DNA of 60,867 nt from contig JAAILG010001860.1 in the NCBI GenBank assembly GCA_012026655.1, forward strand, positions 1 through 60,867. The letters are read 5' to 3'. Within the stretch, counting starts at the first letter, position 1; every line of letters starts with the position of its first letter. The notes beneath the pieces were generated by a model, which did not search any database, was not told the origin of the DNA, and was given only the letters and a program-made list of their open reading frames with translations. Positions 12,276 through 24,110 of the stretch are shown in pieces. The position numbers were made by a program, and so were the translations under genes. The DNA comes from Hydrolagus affinis (Eukaryota).

Positions 12276-12349
12276 CAGAATTTTACTGAATATTACAGGG
12301 ATTCTGTGAAATATCTGGTTTCATAACTTTATCATATCTACCTGAAACA

Positions 12350-12780
12350 AGAAGAAGAAAATTACATTTGTATAGCACCTTTCGCATCAGGAAGACGTCC
12401 CAAGGCGCTGGACAGTCAGTATTTCAGACCTGAGCTAGGGTTGGGATTGGACATGTGGAGGGAAGGGAGGGGAAGGGGGGTGACAAATGACAAGGTCGAA
12501 GAGGAGTATCTTGTGGCAGAAATTGAAGAAGGCTAGAGAGGGGGCGAGGCAAAGAGCTTGCGGGATGGAATTCCAAAGGTTGGGGGCAGAACAGCTGACA
12601 TTTCACCCACCAATGGTGGGGCGGGTGGGTAGGGAACCTTGGAAAAGGCTGGAGTCCGATGAGTGGAGGGAACGGACAGATTGGTAGGGTGTTAGGATGT
12701 CGCAGAGGTAGGATGGAGCAAGGTGAGGTGAGGGCCAGGGTCTTGAATTTAATCTTCTGAGTGATGGGAAGCCAGTGGAG
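12350..12780 (-). mobile_element. L2 3' end, internally deleted
   Basis: SLHWLPITQKIKFKTLAL on the minus strand, plus the L2 tail at 12350-12415. Confidence 0.85.
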
Positions 12781-12912
12781 ACTAACAGCTTGGCTCAATT
12801 AGTTAATACTCTCTCCTCTGGGTCAGAAGGATATGCATTCAAGCCCTACTTCAGGTCTTCAAATTCATAGTCTGGTCTGGCGCTATCATTCAATATTGTG
12901 AGTGTTGCACAA

Positions 12913-13739
12913 CAGGTCGACCCCGCTTAACGAACGCCCAGTTAACAAAAGTTCACTGTAATAAGGGTTTCTATTTGTACCACTTATCCACTTAACAAAG
13001 GCTGTGTTCGCTGTAACGAATGTTTACACACACTTTAAATCTTGTGGGCTTCTCTTGCGCAGCTTCTCATGGGTAGCGTCTCTCCCGGTTGCAACACACA
13101 CTAGTCTTTAGCGTGCCTCAATTAAGCAGTGCAGTGCAGCCCCTCCTATATGGGAGGAGCTTAAGCAGCTGGATTCTTCATGGCTTCAACAATAGTAAGT
13201 CGAGGACTGTCTGTATTTTATTGTTTATTGTTGTATTTACTAACATTTTAATATTTTATTATTGTATTTAAAGTTGTGTAGCCTTCAATAGCAGTTATAT
13301 CTACCGTAAGCCTTAGTTAGAATAGGCTGAGCGTCCTGAATTTGGGCTCGTAGCCGAGCCCAGGTTCAGGTATTTATGGACTTCGGAATGCCAGAAGCGC
13401 ATCACGTGTCCGGAAATGCCTGGGCCCAGGTTGCGATATTTCACTGCGGTGACTGTGAAGACCTGGCCTAGAACAGGTAGGATTGGCGTTTTAATTCTTG
13501 CAATTTTTGTCACATTCTGGATTCCGGAACTCCGGATTTTGGCCGCTCAACCTATACCCCGAAAATGTGAGCGCTAGGAACCGCTAAGAACTAAACTGAT
13601 TTTAGCGGGGAGGCTTGGGTCAGGGCGGCGTTTTGGCTGCGGCCAAATGCAGTAACACAGTTAAACTCTCGCTTAACAAAATTTTCACTTACCAAAGGAT
13701 GTTAAAGTCCCTAACCCCTTCGTTAAGTGGGGGTACCTG
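12913..13739. mobile_element. Non-autonomous Tigger/pogo-type DNA transposon
   Basis: TIRs CAGGTCGACCCCGCTTAACGAA / TTCGTTAAGTGGGGGTACCTG, TA on the right (AA on the left), subterminal CTTAAC(G/A)AA repeats. Confidence 0.8.
13323..13554. mobile_element. Second Tigger-like MITE nested inside the 12913-13739 element
   Basis: TAGGCTGAGCGTCCTGAATTTGG / CCGGATTTTGGCCGCTCAACCTA form imperfect TIRs, followed by TA. TCCGG subterminal motifs differ from the host element. Confidence 0.65.
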
Positions 13740-14059
13740 TATTAGAGATGCTGTTTTTTGAATGAAACATTAAAATATCACCTGGTAATTTTTTTCCACT
13801 ATTTTGTTTTTGTCATCTATGTAAAGTATCCTGCTGAGAAACGTGGTTACTTCTTATTGATCTCAGTAAGCCATTTCCACCCACTCATGATTTGAAATAG
13901 ACGACAGTTATTTTCTACCTGTGGTATAAGCTCCATGTGACTCTCCTCCACAACAGTTAAATATTTCAAATTTATAACAAGCGCAAAATATATTTGCATT
14001 TCGTTTACTAGAGTAATACTATATATTGTATTTATATTGTATATAGATGTGCTGCAGGG

Positions 14060-14555
14060 ACTTTTTAGGTCACAACTGGAATATTGTACACAGTTTAGAA
14101 TGCCACATTATACAAAATACATTAGGATTGTGGAGAGCATTCAGCACAACTTCACAGGAATAAAAATAGATGATATTTAAGATACTGAAAGATTTTAAGA
14201 GAATTATTTGTAAAAAAAAAACTTACTGCTGGTTTAGAATTTGAGGACATTAATAATAATAGTAACCATAAATTCGATAAAGAACCTCATCATGTCTTTG
14301 AGATGTCTCAAGTGGGTATGAACTCAAGATTATAATGAGGGAATAAAAGGAGAGATTTCAAAGAAATTCTGCCAGAGGATTGTTAAAAATTCTCCTAGAG
14401 ATTATATGGAATGGAATGAAGCGTATTAAAGGGTAAATGGTAAGAACAAAACATTGGTAATAGAGGATAGATGACATCTTGGGAGGAGGAAAAGAAATAG
14501 ACATGCAAAAATGGACCAAACTGCTCTTACTACACATTTCTATTTTGTTATGTTC
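14060..14555 (+). mobile_element. Degraded CR1 3' region
   Basis: RSQLEYCTQFRMPHYTKYIRIVESIQHNFT matches the CR1 motif RPHLEYCVQFWSPHY.KDI..LE.VQRRFT. Confidence 0.65.
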
Positions 14556-15269
14556 CATATCAGTGCTTTGCACAGTAGTTCAGAAATATGGAAACCATTA
14601 CTAACATGAGATCTTCACTGCTCTGCATAATCTGAACCTTACTACTGTACTTATAAATGTTTCTGTTATATAGTGTTATGTGGCTGTTAGTCCCTCAAAT
14701 GTACAAATTTCATTAATACAAAGTCAATCCACTTTATAATGTATCTGAACAATGCGGTAAGACACTATTTCAAATGCAAGGATTATTACTAATATTATTA
14801 TCAAAACTGAAGCATTATGGGTGGGTTAGTGCTTGACATAAGTGTTTATGGTGTATTTTGGGTGTGCTGTTGTATTTTGTCTGTCGTGAAAAAATACTCA
14901 ACATTTGTATGTACTGCACATTAAAGTCAAATGCTGCTGATTATTATAATTGCGTATTTTTTGGAACCTTGCCATAAATAAGTAATGTCTGTCTTTGCCT
15001 TATCTAATAACTTTGTTTTGTCTGGAGAAAGGCATGTGTAACCAGATGGTCCTTGTCTTATATGAGAAGTAAGACAAGGAAGGGGTGTCTGTGTATGTTA
15101 ATCAGGTGGACTTCCAGTCCTTATTTAATATAGTTATAGAGAGAAAGAATGCACAAATGGAATGGTCTTTGTTAGGTTAGAAATAAAAGCAAGCAAGCAA
15201 ATAAAAAGATAGAAGAAAAAGGAGAAAGAAGACACATTACCTCTTGTCTATACAGTACTTTTCTATACA

Positions 15270-15335
15270 GTACTGTGGCATTCCAAACTGTACACAACAT
15301 TCCAGCTGTGACCTAACAATTACCTGCAGCATTGC
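15270..15335 (-). mobile_element. Short CR1 ORF2 fragment
   Basis: Minus strand translates VRSQLECCVQFGMPQY. Confidence 0.6.
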
Positions 15336-15844
15336 TTTCATATCTAGTATTACTGTAGTAAATGAAATGCAAATATATTTCATACTGTATTCTGCTTCTC
15401 AGATGGATAACTTTATATTTTCGTTAATCATTAATAACACAATAAAGATTTGTGTACAAATAATTCTAGTCTCTGTGAGTGTGACTATCTTGGTGTCCAT
15501 ACCACTGACTGTCAAGGCAATAATACAAAGTTGTGTGTTTGGCATTATTGCCAATATATTAGATCAGAACAATATCACACTGTATGTCAGTAGTAGCAGT
15601 ACGTTTTATATCCTTTCCTCTTAGAACTATTGATGAGATTGGTTACCTTCAAATACTACATTCTTGATTTCTCAGTAACCCATCACTCAAAATCAGAAGT
15701 CAACACAGTATTCTTCCACTAGATTAATGAATTTATTTAGTAAATAGGTAAACCATGCTCATCAGGGATATCCCCATATGTGTCCTTTGATCTATGCAGC
15801 ATTAACTAACATTTGCAATGTAGAATGAAGGATGGTGCAAATGA

Positions 15845-16060
15845 CTTTGGTACTCTGGGAGGAAAATCCCTCTCGATTGCCATCCAGCAAGATCTGTTTA
15901 ATTTAGGTGTGAATATCTATGAAGCTGCATAAGGCCAGGAACAGGAATAGCAAGTACAGTCTGACCACTGTCAAGACTTATACATGGACAATGACAACTT
16001 GGTATGATACTGGAAAGCCATCAGTACTGTGAAGTAGTACCACAATTACAAGCAAATAGG
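15845..16060 (+). mobile_element. AmnSINE2-like SINE remnant
   Basis: GATTGCCATCCAGCAA...CCACTGTCAAGACTTATACATGGACAATGACAACTTGG..GATACTGGA, collinear with 10170-10475. Confidence 0.4.
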
Positions 16061-16404
16061 GATGAATCATCTGCAGAAGTGCTGTCAATGAATATAGTAT
16101 GGGCAATACTTTATTTATTGCCCAATAAAGTACCAACATTATTAATAAACCTCATTCTAACAAAATGTTGGCACTTATTTATTTTATTATTTTGTCATAA
16201 AGGAATGGTGTCATCATGGAAAAGTCAAGATGGAGGAGGAAACACATTGGTCCAATTGGTGTTACAATTTATTTACAACTGTGAGAGCTGGGATCAAAAT
16301 ATTAAATAATATCGAGCCATGCATGAGTTATGAGGCTGCAAAGTAATCGAATGGTTGAGAGGACATTTAATTGAATGCCTGTAGAATGAAGCTAGAGTAT
16401 ATCA

Positions 16405-16538
16405 ACAACAACAACAAATTACATTTATAGAGCGCCTTTCACGTCGGGAGGACGTCCCAAGGCGCTGCACAGGGGGAGTGTGACCCGAGCTGGGAGGGGA
16501 GTGTTTGGGCGGGGGTGAAACACGAAGGGGAGGTCGAA
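16405..16538 (-). mobile_element. Young-looking L2 tail fragment
   Basis: (AAC)n AAATTACATTTATAGAGCGCCTTTCACGTCGGGAGGACGTCCCAAGGCGCTG with CpGs intact. Confidence 0.85.
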
Positions 16539-17319
16539 ATTTTAGCTGAGCTAAACTTTATCAGAAACTTTAGCTGAGCTCAGACATGAGGTTCTACTGT
16601 TTAACATACTTCCAAGGTTTTTTTTATAGACATGGTGAATTTCAATCACTTTTTCATACAACAGTTTTCCGAAAATTCTAGTGTCTCATTATTTTCAGGA
16701 ATGTGAGAGAATTTCAAAATCTCAGTGTAGTGGCAAACAATATTCGCAGAAGAGTTTTATATTCCTTGCGGCGTTGTTACTGCAGATTTATCACAGAAAA
16801 CTGCCATTGATCAAAGGGATGTTTTCAAAGAGTCTAAAAATGGCAGTTACCAAAACCCATTTATCTTGCCAATACTGAACTGACAGATATGTGAGATATA
16901 TTTATGGGTGCACACTTTTAAAATGCCACTAAACAATTTGCACACATGAGCAAGATATACTGTATTTTTCAGTTGATCGTAGAATACAGAATAGATATGT
17001 TAACTTATTCAAAAATTGATATTTTCTGAGCACTTATTAATATGTTACTAAATATATTTTCTTTCCTTGGAGATCCTTTTTCAGCTGGCTTTAAATTATT
17101 CAATTTAAGAAAATCACAAGAAATCATCCATCTTAATTTACATCTAACATGGCCTCCTTATTCACGTGCTTCCTGGTCTCACTTATAGTATTGTGAAGAA
17201 AGGTCTTTCTTGGCATTATGCAATGAGTATGTCATTGTAAAACATGTTGTAAGATGCGGTTGAACTCTAGCACATACTTTAGTCCCCAATGCTTGGTTCT
17301 TACCAATTTACATTTCATA

Positions 17320-17455
17320 TTTTCCATGAATTAGGTAAAAAGGATGCATCCCTCCAAGAAGAGAGTGCACCTTCTATTCCAGATACATGGAAATCTCCAC
17401 ATCTAGTTGATGTGTCTAGTTTGGATATTCTTAAATATGGTAACAATTTTCCACT
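17320..17455. repeat. Unclassified interspersed repeat, copy 3
   Basis: GAATTAGGTAAAAAGGATGCATCCCTCCAAGAAGAGAGTGCACCTTCTATTCCA...TGGATATTCTTAAATATGGTAACAATTTTCC. Confidence 0.65.
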
Positions 17456-17489
17456 TGGGCAATTTCAGGACAGACACTAAAAAGTATTA

Positions 17490-17645
17490 CTTTAACAACT
17501 GGAACAGATTGCCAGGAAGAGTGGTTGAGGCCAAAATGCTGGATTTATTTGACAAATGAACTTGATGCTATGATAGGATGATGGTAGTTGTGGGTGTTCT
17601 GGAATGGTCCAAAGCACTTTCTTCATCCATATCAATCTTATGAAG
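17490..17645 (+). mobile_element. CR1 3' end remnant
   Basis: TGGAACAGATTGCCAGGAAGAGTGGTTGAGGCC translates WNRLPGRVVEA, followed by a CR1-type tail. Confidence 0.65.
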
Positions 17646-18804
17646 TTTCATTGATATGAAATCAATGCTGTGAATTATTTACTTTGTGCCTTTGTATTCA
17701 ATATTTCCTTTGGAATTGCACATGTATAAGCAAAACCTGTAGGTAATTCATTGTTTAACATGTTGAGTTCTCTTCAAAAAAGTGGAAAACCAAGTTCTAT
17801 TTGTCTTTCTTGGTATTAGAGAGGCAACTGTTATTCCTCACATTTAATACTTTGTCTAGATAAGTAAGAAAAACAAGTGCCTTTTTCAGATGAGCAGGTG
17901 GAAATAGATGAAGAATACAAGTTATGTTTTTCAGTATATAAAAATACATTTCCACTCTTAAATTATAAACTGCTCTTTTTGTTTCACCAAAATATATGTA
18001 GTCAATTCACTTTACAGTAGATTCTGCGAAATGCATTCAAACGTTATAATTACTTGATAATGCACTGTATCAAATTCAAGTACTGTATTATTAATATTAA
18101 TTCCAGCAATAGTGTCTCTGGAATTTAGAATAGTAAAGCTCAATCTTCCATAATAATGAATTTTTGCTTTCAAGTTTATAATAAAATTTGGCCTTATTTG
18201 TGCTTAATATAACAATAATCCTAGTAATTGATATAACACCTTATCCTAGCAAAACATCATTGAGAATGTTTCTCTAAAGCAAGGTGACATTTTCTTGTAA
18301 GAAAACAGGTGCCAACTCTGGGATTGTTTTTGCTGCAAAATGCCTTTCCATTCCATCTTCATTTCCATTTTCCTCCGAGAAAAACTGTTAAAATAAATGG
18401 TCCAATTTATTGTTGGAAATTGGATATGCAAGTTGGGTATGAATTACAGAGTTTCTTCCGCATGCAAAACATTCAATCGGAACTACTTTCTCCCTGGTAA
18501 CAGCTATACTGTATGTCATTCACCAACTGTGACTTGCTGTAACTGCAGCAATTCATGCCTAATGTTTTGTTTGGCATCTGTACCAAAAGGAAAAGATGTT
18601 GGCATCCTCACATTAGTTTTCAATATCAGCAAGCATGGTTTCACTATTACCCTACTGCACAAGAATTTGTGGGAATCGAATTCTATACATAAACCACAAA
18701 CACAAAAGTTAGATTAGTCAAATTTGTGAAATATGTGTAATGCGTATGCCAATGCTCTTCAGTCAGATCATAAAACACCAACTTAACTCTTATGTCATCC
18801 TCAT

Positions 18805-18866
18805 AGGGACGTCCTCCTGATAGGAAAGGTGGTGTACAAGTGTAATTTTGTTGTTGTTGTTGTTGT
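18805..18866 (+). mobile_element. Solo L2 tail with (GTT)n
   Basis: GGGACGTCCTCCTGATAGGAAAGGTG..TACAAGTGTAATTTT(GTT)n. Similar solo tails lie near 19060-19125 (-), 36310-36365 (-), 42172-42228 (-), 45020-45085 (-), 47245-47310 (+) and 58760-58810 (+). Confidence 0.75.
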
Positions 18867-21814
18867 GTGTCATCTTTCACTTTAGATTTTGACTGAAAAG
18901 GCTTTCTAAAGATGATGTGAATCACCAAGCAGGATGGAGAGGAGTAATATGATGATATTGTTCAAAGGCACAATGAGAATTTAAGAGCGTTTTGAAAGAA
19001 AGGAGTGAAGGCACACAGTGAAGGGATTTGGGGTGAGAGGTGCAGAGAGTGGGGGATAATACAACAACAACAAAATTACATTTGTATAGCCCCTTTCATG
19101 TCGAGAGGATGTCCTAAGGTACTGAAATAGCTGGGGTATTTATTCTCACGATAAGATAAGTTGAAGAGCACTTCAATGTTCGGGGAGTGGAGAGTCAAGG
19201 CAAGAGGCTCGGGCTGGTGGAGATTGGAGTAGGAATAAAAGAGACCTTCACCCATATTAATTTATCTGTAAGTGATGTGATCTCCTTAATAAACATATGC
19301 CCTGCAAATGCCACAAAACAATTCAGTCAACAAGCTGGCTTTCTTAAAACAATTTTTTTTAAAAATTCCCAAATCAACCACACAGCCCCCCCATCCCCCA
19401 CAACATTTTACAATAGAGTAGAATTAAGCCTTGGAAAAACTAGGTTAGAAATATTACTGTAATATTTTAATATTACAATTCTATAATAAGAATAAGAAAT
19501 ATCTTGAGTTAAAGATAAAGTATTACAGTGAACATTAACACATATGTTTTTCCTTCCCTTATTATATGCATGAATCAATATATTCGCAAACATATTTATC
19601 TTAATACACAGTCATTACAGTTCACAGTGCAATCCCGTGAACCACTTTGAGGCATCCTTCCGAAGTGAAAGCCAATATAGCAAATGTAAGGATTATCAAA
19701 AGCGAGGATGATTATTATTAGTATTCTTTAATTCAAAGCGCTCCAAATTGCCTGGGTGTGGAGCAGATAACCCATGATAGTACAGCACTGTCACATGCCA
19801 GATATCAGATGTAGCATGATAGAACAGTAGCTGGTGGCTGCACAACCAGCTCCAGCAGGAGCCAGTGTCTTTAGGAGAGAACAGGAGAATTTTGAAGACA
19901 AATAAATCTATAAAATGCACAATTTAATATTTATAAGATGTTGCCATTTGACACCCTTCAAAATATGTATAAGCTGACTAACAAAAACTTGCATTTGACT
20001 ATGGGTTCAAAGTAGCTACCAAGCTACATGGCAACACACCTCTTCATAGTGCAATAATATATTAATGGGTTTTCCGACTTAAAGTTACAGGTTAAAACCT
20101 TTCATGCTGCACATTAATCCTTCTTTAGTGTGACCACTTTTCCACCTCAATGGAAAATTATATAGCATTCAAGTCTCCTTTCAGGTTCTGAAAATAAATG
20201 ATCTGTATAATCTGTTCAATGCTATCCTCTTATCTCGAGGAAGATGCATGGTGACAAGGGGGTCGTTACTAGACAATATAGTATGGAGAACAGGCTGAAA
20301 AATAACATGGGGCAGAAAACAAAATTAAAAGTCTATTTGGTAACTTTGGGGTGAAAATTGTAATTAATTAAACTCTACTTAATGAATCTGTCCCTCTCAC
20401 TTGAACATTGTCAAAATGATTGGTCCCAAACCTAATTCCATTGTGGAATGAGGATTTGAGTGTTTATTTCTGAAGTACTAGCTAAACTTTGTTTTTTACT
20501 AAATTTAGCCAACATCTTTTAGACCTGTACACAAATGTTTCTTTCTGCATGTAATTATTTCCTTTGGCAAGTAGTTAGCCCATTGACAGTTGTAAATGTC
20601 TTCAGGCTCAATTTTTTGACAATGTCAGGAGATTGTAACTACCCCAGCCAGATCAAGTGGACAGAATTTTCTGTGGTTTTATTGCATCTTATAGCAGATT
20701 TTTTTTTTGCATTAACACTTGCTCTGAGGTGCAGAAATTCCAGGAAAAGCTCAATGTAGTCACGGTACTGATGGGACATAAGTACATTCACAGATAAATT
20801 AACTTTGCATGACTGCAGATTTTCTACTTCAATAACACACAGCTCAAACTGAAATGTCAGGCTGCTAAAACTACCAATAAATAGAAATCACTTAATTTTA
20901 GAGTTGAATGGTTCTGGCTTCCAAAAAGTTGTGCCACTCTTTTTAAATGTTACATAAATATTGGTTTCTTCTTGCGTAGCATCAATATTTGATCAAGCTA
21001 GAGGAATGGGATGCATTAGCCAAATGACATTACCGTGACCCTTATGTACCTTTGACAATATATATATGTCTACATGCATTACATTCAATCTATTCCATGA
21101 AATCCCAGGAGGAGCAGGTATCAGAGAGCTGTGAATCAATCTGAATAAATGCACTTGAACAGCCTGGGTAGCTATTCATTGAAATAATCCCACAACAATA
21201 CACAGTGAGGGTTGGCCAATTGTTTGCACGACCGGCTTCTGCAGGTACATTGTCCAATTTATACATTCAGACCAATGTCCCAGATAGTACTGTCTGAAAT
21301 CACATCTTTTTACCTCCCTTCCTTTCATTAACACATATCCCCCTCCTTCATTTTCCATAATTGCATTTAAAACTTGTATATGTATAGAGCCTTAACACAT
21401 CAAAACATCTCATAGTGCTTCACTGGTATTTATTAAAAGTAGTGGCTGTTTTCGAAGGGCTAGACAGAACATATTATCATTATATCCAGTGAAGTGCTTT
21501 GCTACACCAAATGTAAGGAGTTTTATTGTTGTAATATAATTACTCCAAGCAACTGAATCAATTAGGTACTTTTTAATGGAACTTCATAGCTTGTATCACA
21601 TTTTGAGGAAAACATCCCCTTCCAAAAGCAGAACACACTCAGACCGTTAACAAACAAATTTCTACCTGGCTCGTATATTGATGAATGAGAAGTGACATCC
21701 CTTCCAGCAATTAATTGATTAAAGGTGGGAAACTTGAATTACAATTACTGCCTACATGAAGACTTCTGATAATGAGAGCTCACTTTTAATACTTCTAAAA
21801 TGTTGGTTATTTAC

Positions 21815-22738
21815 CTTTGACAGTGTGTCTTTCTATATTGTGGACCACTCCATCCTCCTCCACCAACTCTCCTCTCACCTCAACCTTCAAGGTTCTGTCC
21901 TTAAATAGTTCAGGTTGTATATCTCACACAGTTTCCAATATGTCTCCAGCAACGGTTTCTCGTCTAGTCTTCATATGGTGTTCCTCAAAGCTCTGTCCTC
22001 AGTCCTCTCCTCTTCAACCTCTACATGCTCCCCCTTGGTGACATCATCCACAAACATGGGGTCAATTTCAACACGTATGCTGATGACGTGTTGATAGAGT
22101 TGGGTGATGACACCCAACTCTATCTCTCTGCATCCAGACTCAACTCCAGGACCACTGATGGTCTGACAGAATGTCAGACATGAAGTCCTGGATGAGAACC
22201 AACTTTCATAGCTGAATGTGAATATTCAGGGGCTCTCCTGATTGGCTTGTGCCTGTACTTCTGCAACTCAGGCACTGGCAGCATCAGCATCCACGGATGC
22301 ACATTCCACTTCACCAAGCCAGTCAGGAACTTGGGCATCTTCTTTGAACTTCAACTGTCCTTTCTCCCCTATATCCATGCAATGATCTGCTCTACTTTCC
22401 CCTACCTCCTCAACATTGCCCAACATGCCACTGTCTCACACCTCAGGCCTCATCTGGTTCACCCTACCATCAGCAGCTGGGCTTTCAGCTACTCTATCCC
22501 CACTCTTTGGAACTCTATTCAACAATCCTTTCGCCTAGCTTCCTCACTTGTCTTCCTCAAGGTGTGACTCAAGAACCTCTTTTTTGACTGTGTCTTCAGC
22601 CACCCTTCTACCTCTCTGCCCTCCCTCCCTCATCCCATCCCTGCCCCACCACGCTCGGGTTCTGAACATGGGCTGTTCAGTGCCTTGGGACATCCTCGAA
22701 CGTGAGAGACACTTTACAAGTGTACTTTTGTTGTAGTT
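21815..22738 (+). mobile_element. Internally deleted L2 LINE, RT region to tail
   Basis: GVPQ-like stretch, [29 protein letters not shown] (RT catalytic motif), VRNLGIFF, and a 3' tail GTGCCTTGGGACATCC. Confidence 0.85.
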
Positions 22739-22854
22739 ATTATCTGATGCTTTCAAAGCACTAACAATAATTCTTTAAAAAAAAATGGATCCTATGAAAT
22801 TTATTGGGAATTTCCAACAGACTAAAATGTAAGTGCTTGGTAGACAATGTTATC

Positions 22855-23110
22855 ATTGGCATGCTATGTGGTTTTAGCTCATTGGACACCAATGTAGATC
22901 AATGTGCACTCTAGGTCCCAAGCCTTAGCAACCTGCGCCTAATACTTTCCAGAGTTAGGTAAGCAGGATGTGTCCCTCTGGGGAAAGAGAGCGCATTCCA
23001 TTCCAATAAAAGTCTTTGGAAATTCCATGTGTAGATGAAATGCAAGGAATTTGGTTTGGTTACTCTTAAGCATAGTGATGGGTTTCTGCATGTGCCTTAA
23101 ACGTGTCTGT
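22855..23110. repeat. Unclassified interspersed repeat, copy 4
   Basis: GCTATGTGGTTTTAGC...GAGTTAGGTAAGCAGGATGTGTCCCTC..GAGAGCGCATTCCATTCCAATAAA...TTAAGCATAGTGATGGGTTTCTGCATGTG. Confidence 0.75.
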
Positions 23111-23659
23111 CCAAAATGTAATGTGAATAAAATGATGGGTGTTTCACCAGGAAATTCATTCAATGTTACAGGACAGGCCTACACTCAGTAAATGTGCAAA
23201 GAGTAACTTTCCACATCCTATTTACTTGAAAATGCTGGATTTGATTCCATTGATTTTTGGGACCATTTAACTATTGGTTCACATTGTATTTTATAAAGCT
23301 ACCTCATTGCAAATATACATAGATACAATTCAACACTAGGAGAATACACTGTTGACAACTAGCGTAAGAGGTAAATCAGTGCTGGCAACCACCCGCTTAA
23401 GGAGTAACTCTTACTCAAGGAGTAATTTAAGGAATATAGTTTGCAACTTTGCTGATACATTCCTGTGTTAACCTAAAGAATCATTATGAAAGCAGCAAAT
23501 TCATTACTGTATCCAAAGCGACACCTGTGAGGAAATTAGTGAATGCAAGTTTATCATTTCTCCCTCATTAAATATTCTTCAATTAATTCAACAAGCTACA
23601 ATGTTCCTTGTTAAATATGAGATTAGCTCCTTTTATTGCTACATGAATTATAGCATGTC

Positions 23660-23848
23660 AGAAGTAGTCTGAAAGTGCTTCACTGAATTCACTGTTAAAT
23701 GGAGTGATTGCATTCGTTTGCAAATGTGACCTCAAGATTGTACACAGCAATGACCCACAAACAGTCATAAAATGATTTTTATTTGGAGAGTTATTGGCTA
23801 GGACATCAAGAGAAACTCACATCTCTTTTCAAATAGCGTCATGGGAAA
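23660..23848 (-). mobile_element. Deu-domain SINE fragment
   Basis: AAAGTGCTTCAC...CACAGCAATGACCCACAAACAG...TTGGCTAGGACATCAAGAGAAACTC..CTCTTTTCAAATAGCGTCATGGGA. Confidence 0.6.
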
Positions 23849-23949
23849 AGACAGGGAAATAAAAATGAAAGGATTGCTATTTCAAAGGGTTAGCATAGAC
23901 ATGATGGGCTGAATGACATTCTCTGTGCCATGGTTCTACGGATTAGGAA

Positions 23950-24110
23950 CAATGGTTTATTTTTTTCATTCTAACCCACTGGGACTAATTGTAGTGCCCC
24001 AACTACTGCCACAGCTAAGATCACACACAGAATGGAAATCATACTGGCCTTCCTCTGTTCTTGGTGGTTAATGCTACACTGAGCAGTGACCTTTACCTCC
24101 CAATTCATTG
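23950..24110 (-). mobile_element. AmnSINE2-like SINE 5' head
   Basis: Minus strand GGTAAAGGTCACTGCTCAGTGTAGCATT..CAGAGGAAGGCCAG..GATCTTAGCTGTGGCAGTAGTTGGGGCACTACAATTAG resembles the AmnSINE2 head as recalled. Confidence 0.55.

Larger units (their letters stand above)
12789..13775 (+). mobile_element. Deu-domain SINE (SacSINE1-like) 5' part, split by a Tigger-like insertion (SINE parts 12789-12912 and 13740-13775)
   Basis: TGGCTCAATTAGTTAATACTCTCTCCTCTGGGTCAGAAGG..TTCAAGCCCTACT (tRNA head) runs to GTGTTGCAC and resumes after the insertion as TATTAGAGATGCTGTTTTTTGAATGAAACATTAAA. Confidence 0.65.
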
